NCBI GenBank assembly: GCA_963662285.2
Contig: CAXXMV010000001.1
Coordinates: 960,001-1,024,000, forward strand
Origin: a bacterium
GTDB taxonomy: Bacteria; Hinthialibacterota; Hinthialibacteria; Hinthialibacterales; Hinthialibacteraceae
DNA: 64,000 bases
Reading direction: 5' to 3'
Both the position numbers and the translations under genes were made by a program. A model generated the notes under the pieces. The model did no database searches. It saw only the letters and a program-made list of their open reading frames with translations, and had not been told where the DNA came from. Positions 10,480 through 19,494 of this stretch are shown one piece after another (the stretch's first letter is position 1; every line of letters starts with the position of its first letter).

Positions 10480-11949
10480 TTAGCCATTATCCGCCGAACG
10501 CGCTTCCAGGTCATGGTGACGTTCAAATACTTTAACTTCATCTCCCCCCGATAGATATTTCAAAACTTTCGGAGGATCGCTTTTACTGATGGGATAAACC
10601 CGGAAATCATAGATATGTCCGCACTCAGCGCCATCATAAAACTCAGGCTTCATTACCGGCGCCAACTGAGGTTCACCGGATTTCCATCGGTATGTTTTAC
10701 TGGTTCCGGGATATGTTCGTCCCAGATACCTATGCTTATTTTCATCATCGCGCCTAACATAAACATGATATTCACGCACTATATCCTCATCGTAATCCCA
10801 ACTAATTTCCAGGTCTCTGGCTTCTGGATTAGCGGCAGTACATTGAACATATCTTTTTGCTCGATTATCAATGGATTCTCCATTCACCATATCCCAGACA
10901 GCCATAGAAAAAACCTGCGCCTTGTAATTGTTTCCCATGGCATTCAAATGCACCAGATCAAGAAACCATTCCGGTTTATTCTTCATTAACAGATCAGTCT
11001 CAACAACTTGCACTCCCAATTGCTCAGCGACTGACCTGGTAACACGGTTGCACTCTTGAATTCTAACTTGATCAAACGAATTATTATGTTTTCTGTTATA
11101 AGCCATTGGCGCTGCAATTAACTGCCCGCCATTGCTTTGCACCATCGTTGATAGCATACGTAAATTATGTTCGTAGGGTAACAGAGATTCCGGGTCTAAT
11201 TTCCGCTTAAGATCTTTCAGAGGTACACGCCTCACAGTTGAATTAGAAATATCAAAGTGAGATATGCCTAAACGCTGCATACAAAAGACGCCCAACCAAC
11301 TACGGGCGATAATTCTTGACATAAATCTCGGCATTCCAGACTCCCGCCATGCTATACGGAAATGTGAATAATCAGGCTTGAAATCCGGCCATATCCGGGG
11401 CGGTCCATCATTGACGCCATGATGTACAATCACCACATCTGGAGCAAACGCAGCAACGCGAATCATATAATTGATAGTCGATTCCATCAGCGTCCAGGCG
11501 TCGCAGCCAAAATCCATAACCTCGAACCGCTTATCTCCAGGCCATCGATTTAGCAATTTGGCCAAAGCCGCCGGATATTGATTCATAGTGGTCGAACCGC
11601 CCAGGCAGGCGACTCGAATAACATCCGGCGGTTTTATATAAGAGAATTCGTCCTTACCTATCCGAATGCCATTATCCTTATAACGGATTTTCGTAGGAGC
11701 ATAAGATAAATAGGGATGCGCTTCAAAACGCAACCGCGTATCATCCTTTGCAACCGCCTGAGTAAACTTGTATATCGCTTGAGCATTTTGCGGTCGCCAG
11801 GATCGAATAATTATCCTAAAACCAATTTCCAAAACCATACATACAACAAGAACAGTAACTACTAAAAGTATAGTGTTTATAAATAGGGGATGTCGCTTGC
11901 TGAATGCTCTCAAAAAATGAATCATCTTGTTGCCCATACTCATTGCCAT
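10480..11949 (-). CDS. Membrane-anchored SGNH/GDSL hydrolase with C-terminal beta-sandwich domain
   Basis: N-terminal TM; blocks CLGGSTT, HHGVND, DLVH; FN3-like tail (LEISW...YDFRVYPI). Confidence 0.75.
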   Translation of the reverse strand: MAMSMGNKMIHFLRAFSKRHPLFINTILLVVTVLVVCMVLEIGFRIIIRSWRPQNAQAIYKFTQAVAKDDTRLRFEAHPYLSYAPTKIRYKDNGIRIGKDEFSYIKPPDVIRVACLGGSTTMNQYPAALAKLLNRWPGDKRFEVMDFGCDAWTLMESTINYMIRVAAFAPDVVIVHHGVNDGPPRIWPDFKPDYSHFRIAWRESGMPRFMSRIIARSWLGVFCMQRLGISHFDISNSTVRRVPLKDLKRKLDPESLLPYEHNLRMLSTMVQSNGGQLIAAPMAYNRKHNNSFDQVRIQECNRVTRSVAEQLGVQVVETDLLMKNKPEWFLDLVHLNAMGNNYKAQVFSMAVWDMVNGESIDNRAKRYVQCTAANPEARDLEISWDYDEDIVREYHVYVRRDDENKHRYLGRTYPGTSKTYRWKSGEPQLAPVMKPEFYDGAECGHIYDFRVYPISKSDPPKVLKYLSGGDEVKVFERHHDLEARSADNG

Positions 11950-13367
11950 GGACGCTCCAGCGTCTTAACCTCGTGCTTCGATGTCAGATGCCCGATAACT
12001 TTATGTGGATACTCATTGCTGATAGCGACTACTTTGAAATAATAGTCATGGCCGAACTGAGGACCTTCAACGAATTGCTCATCCAGAGAATAAGATAGTT
12101 GCGGCGCACCACTTTTCCACCGGAATGATTGCTCATTACCCGATGGAGTACGTCCCAGAACCTTAAATTCTTTCTCTTTTTCTTTACGAACCGAAATTAT
12201 AAATTCTTTGGTTTTAGCGGCATCGAATTCCCATTGTATTTCCAGGTCGCGCCCTAGGGGAGCAGCGGTCTCTTCACAGCCAAAAATCTTTATTGGAGAA
12301 ATTTCTTCTTTTTCAGGATAAAGCCCCAGCATATCCCAAATCACCATAGCATATACTTGCGCTTTAAGAAAATCACCATTCTCTTTTACATGAACCCAAT
12401 CGGCGAACCAATCAGTGTGCTGCTGCATCAACGCATCAGTTTCAGCAATAGGCAAATCACGTTCTCTAGCCAGCATCCGGGAACATTGATTAAACTCATG
12501 AATCATCTGCTGGATGGCAGGCTTGCCTCTTTTCCTATAATAAGGCATTGGCGCTACCAATAACTTGGCATCGATAGATTGCGCCATAACGGCTAGATGC
12601 CGCAGATTTTGTTTTATGGTTTCTATCGATCCCGGAGCCGGATCGCCATGGATTTGGTCTTGCTGCACCCGATTTATTACTAGGTTCTGCACTTCAAAGG
12701 CCGACAGGCCGCTACGCCACATCAGGTATGACGCCATCCAACTGCCGGACAGCACTCTACGGGTAAAAAATCCCAACCGGGGATTATTCCATGATTTGCG
12801 GAAATGAGAATAATCAGGTTTGTAATTAGGCCACTGACGCGGTGGGCTTTCATTGGCGGCATGATGCAAAAGAACAATATCAGGCTGAAACGCGCTAACA
12901 CGAATAAGAAAATTAATGGTGGATTCCATCAGAGTCCACCCGTTGCACCCGAAATCCATCACTTCAAATTTCAGGTTCCCCGGTCGACGGTTTAACACCC
13001 TTTGCAGATGAGCCGGGTATTTCCGCATAGTAGTCGAACCACCCAGACAAGCGATTCGCACTACATCAGGAGACTTTTTATTAGAGAAAAACTGTTCGCG
13101 AATCCACAGGCCGCCATCATCATATTTGATTTCGCTTGGAGCATAGGATAGATAAGGATGCGATACAAATTTCAGTTCTGTATCATCAAGCGACGACCAT
13201 TTCCCAAACTTTGTAATAACCCGCGCCACGCCCGGCTGTTGCGATTGCAAATAAACGCGGAAAACGACCTCCATTACAGTAAACACAAAGGTTAATGATA
13301 ATAACACCAAGACACAATTAACGATTTTAGGATGCCGGTGGATAAAAACACGCAATAAGCGAATCAT
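11940..13367 (-). CDS. Membrane-anchored SGNH/GDSL hydrolase, tandem paralog
   Basis: CLGGSTT, HHAANE, DWVH; collinear with the neighbour (HPYLSYAP, FEVMDFGC.WTLMESTIN). Start placed at ATG 13367 because the longer ORF reads through a REP-like repeat. Confidence 0.75.
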   Translation of the reverse strand: MIRLLRVFIHRHPKIVNCVLVLLSLTFVFTVMEVVFRVYLQSQQPGVARVITKFGKWSSLDDTELKFVSHPYLSYAPSEIKYDDGGLWIREQFFSNKKSPDVVRIACLGGSTTMRKYPAHLQRVLNRRPGNLKFEVMDFGCNGWTLMESTINFLIRVSAFQPDIVLLHHAANESPPRQWPNYKPDYSHFRKSWNNPRLGFFTRRVLSGSWMASYLMWRSGLSAFEVQNLVINRVQQDQIHGDPAPGSIETIKQNLRHLAVMAQSIDAKLLVAPMPYYRKRGKPAIQQMIHEFNQCSRMLARERDLPIAETDALMQQHTDWFADWVHVKENGDFLKAQVYAMVIWDMLGLYPEKEEISPIKIFGCEETAAPLGRDLEIQWEFDAAKTKEFIISVRKEKEKEFKVLGRTPSGNEQSFRWKSGAPQLSYSLDEQFVEGPQFGHDYYFKVVAISNEYPHKVIGHLTSKHEVKTLERPWQ

Positions 13368-13372
13368 ACCAT

Positions 13373-13398
13373 GTAGGGCGCGCCCCTTGTGGGCGCCC
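13373..13398 (+). repeat. GTAG-type REP-like palindrome, family A
   Basis: GTAGGGCGCGCCCCTTGTGGGCGCCC; related copies at about 17928-17985 (two) and 23003-23026. Confidence 0.7.
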
Positions 13399-13413
13399 TT
13401 TCTCATCAAAGCA

Positions 13414-13462
13414 GTAGGATGAAAAGGGCAGAAATTTTTCTGCCCTTGATTGAGTTCACTTC
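13414..13462 (+). repeat. GTAG-type REP-like palindrome, family B
   Basis: GTAG...AAGGGCAGAAATTTTTCTGCCCTTGATTGAGTTCAC; hairpin and tail match 22661-22699. Confidence 0.65.
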
Positions 13463-13492
13463 TTTTATTTCTATATGACTAAATCCATCAAT

Positions 13493-14884
13493 TTACTCTT
13501 TATCCACAAATATCTTCCCAGGATTCATCAAACCTTCAGGATCAAATATATGCTTAATTCGTTTCATAACCTTAAGACCCGTCTCGCCCACCATCATGGG
13601 AAGATACTTGCTCTTGACGCAACCTACGCCATGTTCTCCGGTTACCGTTCCACCAAGGGAAATTGCCTTCTTAAATACTTCCTCAAAAGCCTGATGAACC
13701 CGTTCCATCTCTTCGGTATCACGTTCATCAGTTAAACAGGTTGGATGCAAGTTGCCGTCGCCGGCATGACCGAAAACGCCGATATCAAGATTATATTTAT
13801 CACGCATCTCTTCGATGAACGCCAGCATTTCGGGAACCTTGCTGCGCGGCACGGTGGCGTCTTCTAGAATGGTGGTTGGCTTACGCCGGGCCAGAGCAGC
13901 TAATGCCACCCTTCGCGCCTGTGCCAGGTTATCTGCTTCTTCTTTAGTTTGGGCGACTTTTATCTCTGTAGCATTATTTTCTCTACAGACCGATTCGATT
14001 TTTTCCGCCTCTTCTTCAACCTGCGCAGGGTAGCCATCAGTTTGAATCAGCAATAGAGCAGCAGCGTCACGCGGCAGTCCGATTTTGGAATAATCCTCCA
14101 CGCAATTGATGGTGACATTATCCAAAAACTCCAGCGTACATGGAATAATCTTGTTGGCGATAATGCCTGCAACCGCTTTACCTGCCGAAACCATATCCGG
14201 GAAATAAGCCAACAACGTCTTACTGGCCTGGGGAGGTGGAACTAGCCGCAGAAGAACTTTGGTCAGAATTCCCAAAGTCCCCTCAGAACTGATCAGCATT
14301 TTTTTCAAATTATAGCCCGCAACATCTTTTTTCGATTTATTGCCCGTCCAAAAGACCTCGCCATCGGGAAGCACAATTTCCATCCCCAAAACATAATCTT
14401 CGGTTACGCCATATTTCAAGCATCTTAATCCACCTGAATTCTCAACCACGTTTCCGCCGATTGTGGATATCTTCATCGACCCTGGATCGGGAGGATAGAA
14501 TAACCCTCGGCTGGCCACGGCATCCGCCAGCGTCATGGTAATCACGCCCGCTTCGGCCAGCACCGTTAGGTTTTCTTCATCGATCTCTAAAATATTATCC
14601 ATCCGTACCGTACTGATAACGATGCCGCCCTGTATGGGCACGCTGCCGCCGGACAGACCTGTTCCAGATCCACGGGGAACTACGGGAACTTTATTTTTAT
14701 AAGACCACCGCAGCACTTCTGAAATTTCATCAGTGCTTATTGGTTGAATAATGACCGCAGGGGCGCCGCTTAGATTGGGCGTCCCATCATAAGCATAGGT
14801 TATAAGGTCTTCCTGTTCGGAAAGGACGCGCTCTGGATCGATAATCTGTTTCATGGCGTCGATTATTTCCGTATTGGTTGGCAT
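13493..14884 (-). CDS. glcD: FAD-linked oxidase, GlcD/D-lactate dehydrogenase family
   Basis: PRGSGTGLSGG, YPPDPGS, KYGVT, SEGTLG, FGHAGDGNLH, TGEHGVG, MNPGK. Confidence 0.85.
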   Translation of the reverse strand: MPTNTEIIDAMKQIIDPERVLSEQEDLITYAYDGTPNLSGAPAVIIQPISTDEISEVLRWSYKNKVPVVPRGSGTGLSGGSVPIQGGIVISTVRMDNILEIDEENLTVLAEAGVITMTLADAVASRGLFYPPDPGSMKISTIGGNVVENSGGLRCLKYGVTEDYVLGMEIVLPDGEVFWTGNKSKKDVAGYNLKKMLISSEGTLGILTKVLLRLVPPPQASKTLLAYFPDMVSAGKAVAGIIANKIIPCTLEFLDNVTINCVEDYSKIGLPRDAAALLLIQTDGYPAQVEEEAEKIESVCRENNATEIKVAQTKEEADNLAQARRVALAALARRKPTTILEDATVPRSKVPEMLAFIEEMRDKYNLDIGVFGHAGDGNLHPTCLTDERDTEEMERVHQAFEEVFKKAISLGGTVTGEHGVGCVKSKYLPMMVGETGLKVMKRIKHIFDPEGLMNPGKIFVDKE

Positions 14885-14986
14885 TACTGTCTCCTTATAT
14901 AAAAAATCCGTAAAATTCTAATTGCATTTTCTACTAATACATTTTCTGCTAATACTCTGACCAAATAATAATGTCGGGCAGCCCAA

Positions 14987-15022
14987 GTCCCCTCTCCCTC
15001 CGGGAGAGGGCTATGGTGAGGG
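14987..15022 (-). repeat. BoxC-like extragenic repeat
   Basis: Minus strand CCCTCACCATAGCCCTCTCCCGGAGGGAGAGGGGAC; degenerate relatives at 22934-22957, 23035-23059 and 46764-46797. Confidence 0.65.
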
Positions 15023-15201
15023 ATAATTACAGAACACTACCGAACAAAAGAAACTGATCGTACTACTAGATCAATCCTCTAAATAAAAAGGATTGCTTAT
15101 AACTGATACAGAATTATTGTATCACGAAAATTTGCTACTCAGAAGCAACTACAGGCAGGCAATTCAAACGAATATTTCAAATCAAAATAATGGCCGCCAA
15201 T

Positions 15202-17916
15202 CTAACGGAGAGGGATAGATTCAAGAATGGATATTTCACTCCAACGTTTCCCTTTTTTCTTATACTTGACTCTATATCCGGGGCAATCGAAACCAAGTAT
15301 TTCCGGTGCGTAAAAAACGCCTTTCACCGGGGGAGGAGATAAAGTATTAAGACTACGCTTACACCAGGCTACCGTCATGGGCGCTCCTTTGATATTTACT
15401 AACTCCAGAAATTGCTTTTGGGTGGGAGAAAACTTGCATCGCAGATAAGTTCCATTCACCATCAGATAAAAAAGCCCCTTCATGCTCCGGTCTTGAATGG
15501 CAATCACCAGGTCTGCATCGCTTTCAACAAAGGAATTCTTGATCTCATCCCCGGTATTCACCGCAATCAATTCAATGCCCTGTTTCCATTCGATGACCCG
15601 CAATCCCTCAAGAGGAAACATGGCGAACTTCACTTCAAACATCTCGCGGGCTGATTGCTCTTCTGCACAGAGATAAAAAAACGGTTTATCCGGATCAGCA
15701 ATTTCTAATTCAAATATCTTCCCTAATTCACCGCTTGATACACGTGATAATTTAGTTGCATCAGGGGAAAATAGCATATTTAAGACGCCTGTCTTGGATT
15801 GTGATGATCCTCCACCCGAACGGGCTGTATGACGCTCCATCTTAAATGAGGCTAGATTCATTTGACGATCAGGCATGTCTTCTTCAGAGGGAAGGATTCG
15901 ATATAAACCGGCAACATCATCACTCGGAAAAACGCGTCCTTCATAAGGTACAGATGCAACAATATTACGCACTCGCTTGGCAGGCGTGGCCGCATCGGGA
16001 AAATGAGCAACTACGGTGTATCCGCTTCCTATGCCGCCGAAATGACGACGCGCCACTAATGTACGGCCCACTGTGGCGCCGGTTTCCCAGCAGGAAAACA
16101 GCGATGTAACCAAAGGAGTCGCCGAGTTCACCAGATTCTTTGCAGATCCAGAGAAATCCACTTCAACATCCAGCGTTGCAGACTCGACATCAGTACTGGA
16201 TGGAATCTCGTGGAACCATCGCCATTGGCTGGCGCCTTCTGAAAGCAGAAAACTCTCATGGTCAATGGCGTAAGTAGGCATTACCAAAGTCTGATCAGCA
16301 ATTTGACATGCCAATAAATAATGCTCCCGTGGATTCTGCGCAGCAAGCATTGTTATATTAATATTGGGATACTCAATCAGATGATGCGACCGCTCTGTGT
16401 TCGATCCTGTCAAAGGAAATTCTGTATAATAGACAAACGTATAAGGATGCGAATCGCTGCCTAATGCGAATTGCTCCCATTGTTCTCCTGCTTGGGACTC
16501 AGGATTATCACGTTCGGCAAGTAAATAGAATCCCCCCCATACTACAGGTAAAACCAAATCAGGTGGAATCCATCCGGCATTGGCGTTAGAAGGAGTAATT
16601 TCATCCTCAAATGTAACTTCTGCTGGCTTGCGGGGATACCCATATTGTTCTAATTGTTCCCGTAAACTCAGTTTTCTTCCTCCATCCTGTATTATGTTGA
16701 CATCCAATGGACGAAACGATTTAGGCAATTTCAAAGATCCATCGCCGGAAGAATCTTTCTTATTCTTTTGAAATGGTTGAAACTCAAGTACTGAGTCGCC
16801 GCTATCTTCATACATCGATTGATCAATAACCCGGAAGATACTCTCTGAACGGGGAATCCAGGCATCATGCAATGATTTTGGCAGGAATGGATGTATGACG
16901 CCCACTCCATTAGGTATACGGTGCGTCTCAAAGGCATCCACTATCCGGCCATACACATCTTTTTGCATCCTATATGGATACCCCAATCGCCTTAAACTCT
17001 CACACCATGGGATTGTTATAAGAAACAGCGATTCCAATTCCTCTATTTCCATTGAATAGTGTGGAGAATTTTCGATCACAGAGAGGAATCCACTATAGGT
17101 ATAGGTAATGGCAAGATATAAATCAGGCAGAAATGATTGCGCGGAAAACCGCTTTTCCTTCTCCCATTCATGTGGATAAATTGATATACATAACAGAGTC
17201 GATAAACCCAACGCACTACCGCGTGCAATCCGGTTTTCCACCGTGAATGTCTCAGGGGCAACTAACGAGCAGTCTTCAACAAGTTGCTTCCGCATCTGAT
17301 TAAGACGATTGTTTATTGAATGTCTTTCCCGCGTGTCAAATCTGGCATAAACCATGTCGTACATCAAGGATGCCAAAGAGAGCATTCGCACATCTCTTTC
17401 GCTGAACGCAGAACCGGCATTTTCAGTTGTTTTACTCTGTACTGAAGGTTGAATCTCATCCAACAAACGCTCTAATTCACGCTTAAGCCCATTATTAACC
17501 CATCCTTCTTTACGGATGCCGGCATAAGCCATTACTTCACACAGCACTTTTTCATAAAATCGAAAATCCTTGTCAGTCAATTGGCCTGGATGAAAATTCT
17601 CGCTTTCACCCAAAGGTCCATCGCCCAAATACCAGCGTGACTTGGAATTAAAATAACCCATAATACGCTGTTCAAATTCGTCGCTGCGATCTTGAAACAT
17701 ATCACGGTGCAACAGACTCCGCGCATCGCTGAACTGATCACGGGAAGCCATTAAAAATGGGTGGTTCTCTTTTTCGATTCGCTCAATAATACGCCCGGGA
17801 ACAGGAGGCAGCGTCTTTGAGTCAACCTCTTCTGAATAACCAACCGCCGCAGAGATCACAACCAATATAAAAACAATTTGAATTAAGATTATTTTCCGAA
17901 TCATCCGTTTTTCCAC
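15202..17916 (-). CDS. Large secreted hypothetical protein, distantly heparinase II/III (DUF4962)-like
   Basis: 904-aa ORF with signal peptide, an HPFL motif near the N-terminus, a helical middle and a beta-rich C-terminus with SDADL...MVNGT. Family assignment is tentative. Confidence 0.45.
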   Translation of the reverse strand: MEKRMIRKIILIQIVFILVVISAAVGYSEEVDSKTLPPVPGRIIERIEKENHPFLMASRDQFSDARSLLHRDMFQDRSDEFEQRIMGYFNSKSRWYLGDGPLGESENFHPGQLTDKDFRFYEKVLCEVMAYAGIRKEGWVNNGLKRELERLLDEIQPSVQSKTTENAGSAFSERDVRMLSLASLMYDMVYARFDTRERHSINNRLNQMRKQLVEDCSLVAPETFTVENRIARGSALGLSTLLCISIYPHEWEKEKRFSAQSFLPDLYLAITYTYSGFLSVIENSPHYSMEIEELESLFLITIPWCESLRRLGYPYRMQKDVYGRIVDAFETHRIPNGVGVIHPFLPKSLHDAWIPRSESIFRVIDQSMYEDSGDSVLEFQPFQKNKKDSSGDGSLKLPKSFRPLDVNIIQDGGRKLSLREQLEQYGYPRKPAEVTFEDEITPSNANAGWIPPDLVLPVVWGGFYLLAERDNPESQAGEQWEQFALGSDSHPYTFVYYTEFPLTGSNTERSHHLIEYPNINITMLAAQNPREHYLLACQIADQTLVMPTYAIDHESFLLSEGASQWRWFHEIPSSTDVESATLDVEVDFSGSAKNLVNSATPLVTSLFSCWETGATVGRTLVARRHFGGIGSGYTVVAHFPDAATPAKRVRNIVASVPYEGRVFPSDDVAGLYRILPSEEDMPDRQMNLASFKMERHTARSGGGSSQSKTGVLNMLFSPDATKLSRVSSGELGKIFELEIADPDKPFFYLCAEEQSAREMFEVKFAMFPLEGLRVIEWKQGIELIAVNTGDEIKNSFVESDADLVIAIQDRSMKGLFYLMVNGTYLRCKFSPTQKQFLELVNIKGAPMTVAWCKRSLNTLSPPPVKGVFYAPEILGFDCPGYRVKYKKKGKRWSEISILESIPLR

Positions 17917-17927
17917 TATCCAAACAA

Positions 17928-17985
17928 ATAGGGCGCGCCCCTCGTGGGCGCCCTCGTTTCAAACAAACGCCCCTCGTGGGCGCCC
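17928..17985 (+). repeat. Two REP-like family A copies
   Basis: ATAGGGCGCGCCCCTCGTGGGCGCCC followed by CGCCCCTCGTGGGCGCCC. Confidence 0.7.
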
Positions 17986-18102
17986 TGTCTTATAATCGCG
18001 CCCGATACCAATAAAATACCCGTTTTTCATTATTTTACATGTGGTATACTCAAGATGTTAACACAAAACGCCCGGATCGGCAGAAGAAGAGGAGCACGAC
18101 CA

Positions 18103-18855
18103 ATGTCTCCCACAGAACTGCTCAAAAAGAAATACCGCCTATCCAACTTAATCAATCTACTTACCGCATCAGCCCTACTGCTAGTTGGATTCGTCTCATT
18201 CGCCAATTCCCGCGAAACTGAAGAATCTTTACAAACAGCACGTTCTTATATGGTTGTCTCACAAATTCAACGACGCGGAATCAAAGACTTAAACGTTATC
18301 AACACCATGTTGAAAGTGAAAAGGCACCTATTCGTTCCCCAAAAAATGATCCCCTACGCCTACCATGACGGCGCCATGCCTATCGGCTATGAGCAAACCA
18401 TCTCGCAACCATATATTGTAGCATTAATGACAGAATTACTTCAAATAAAGAAGGATGATACAGTCCTGGAGATCGGAACCGGATCAGGCTATCAGGCCGC
18501 CATTTTAGGAGAATTAGCCAAAGAGGTTTATTCTATCGAGATCATAAAAGCGCTTGGCGAGAAAACCCAAAAACTCCTTAAGTCACTGAAATATAACAAC
18601 ATCCACCTACGTATAGGAGATGGATACCAGGGTTGGCCCGAACATGCGCCATTCGACAAAATAATTGTCACCGCCGCCCCCGACCACGTCCCTAAACCAT
18701 TGATCGAACAACTCAAAACCGGAGGACGATTAGTCATCCCCGTCGGCAAATCACACCAGAAACTGCTGCTAATCACCAAAGATAAAAACGGCGTCAAGCG
18801 CGAAAACATTATAGCCGTACGTTTCGTCCCCATGACCGGAGAAGCGGAGAAATAA
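18103..18855 (+). CDS. pcm: Protein-L-isoaspartate O-methyltransferase
   Basis: RHLFVP, QTISQPYIVALM, VLEIGTGSGYQAA, APFDKIIVTAA, QLKTGGRLVIPVG, VRFVPM. ATG 18103 follows GAGGAG. Confidence 0.93.
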   Translation: MSPTELLKKKYRLSNLINLLTASALLLVGFVSFANSRETEESLQTARSYMVVSQIQRRGIKDLNVINTMLKVKRHLFVPQKMIPYAYHDGAMPIGYEQTISQPYIVALMTELLQIKKDDTVLEIGTGSGYQAAILGELAKEVYSIEIIKALGEKTQKLLKSLKYNNIHLRIGDGYQGWPEHAPFDKIIVTAAPDHVPKPLIEQLKTGGRLVIPVGKSHQKLLLITKDKNGVKRENIIAVRFVPMTGEAEK

Positions 18856-18888
18856 TCACTTAAATCATTAGAAATCAATAACCAACGT

Positions 18889-18922
18889 CTTTGGTGGGTC
18901 ACGCCTTTATTACCCACCAAAG
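18889..18922. terminator. Hairpin between convergent genes (terminator or REP-like)
   Basis: CTTTGGTGGGT / ACCCACCAAAG perfect 11-bp stem; no long U tail. Confidence 0.5.
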
Positions 18923-18954
18923 AACCACCCACTCATACACAAAATCCTTCTACC

Positions 18955-19389
18955 CTAATCCGCATCAGGATCAATCTTCATATAACATTTCGAATACCCC
19001 TTACCCCCCTGACAATCCAGCACATACAACTCATATTTATGCATCCCAATGGTTTTCAATCCTTCTAATTCATAGGTAAATGACCTTACTCCAATTGGTA
19101 TGTTCAAATTCAGCTGTCGGCCATCCATCACTATCACCGCATAGCGGATGCCTTTAGGAGCATTAATATAAACATACATGGCATAATCATCTTTGCCGTT
19201 CAGTTCACGTCTTTGGGGGATTATTTTCGATAAAACATACTTAAAGGACGACTTACACCCTCTTATAGTATCAATATCCTGATGTTCAATATTGCAATAT
19301 GGTTTTTCAAACCAGGATGCGGCGCCCCAGTAAATGGCGAATCCTATAGCGAGATAAATAAGGTTTTTGGTTTGTTTAATTTTTATCAT
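18955..19389 (-). CDS. Hypothetical protein with one N-terminal TM
   Basis: 144-aa ORF filling the gap between genes; no recognisable motif. Confidence 0.55.
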   Translation of the reverse strand: MIKIKQTKNLIYLAIGFAIYWGAASWFEKPYCNIEHQDIDTIRGCKSSFKYVLSKIIPQRRELNGKDDYAMYVYINAPKGIRYAVIVMDGRQLNLNIPIGVRSFTYELEGLKTIGMHKYELYVLDCQGGKGYSKCYMKIDPDAD

Positions 19390-19494
19390 GAAATAGATTC
19401 AATTCAAAAATTATCAATCGTATCTTTATTTATCTTTCACAAAAACCAGATTTTGACAACAAAATCTTTGTAACATGTTGTGTAAAACAAGTTC

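Noticed and set aside
17944-18102. Long N-terminal extension of Pcm (also 13368-13409, 972-1064, 3324-3419, 63820-63885 for other genes)
   Set aside because: These read through repeats or upstream genes, and better-supported starts lie downstream.
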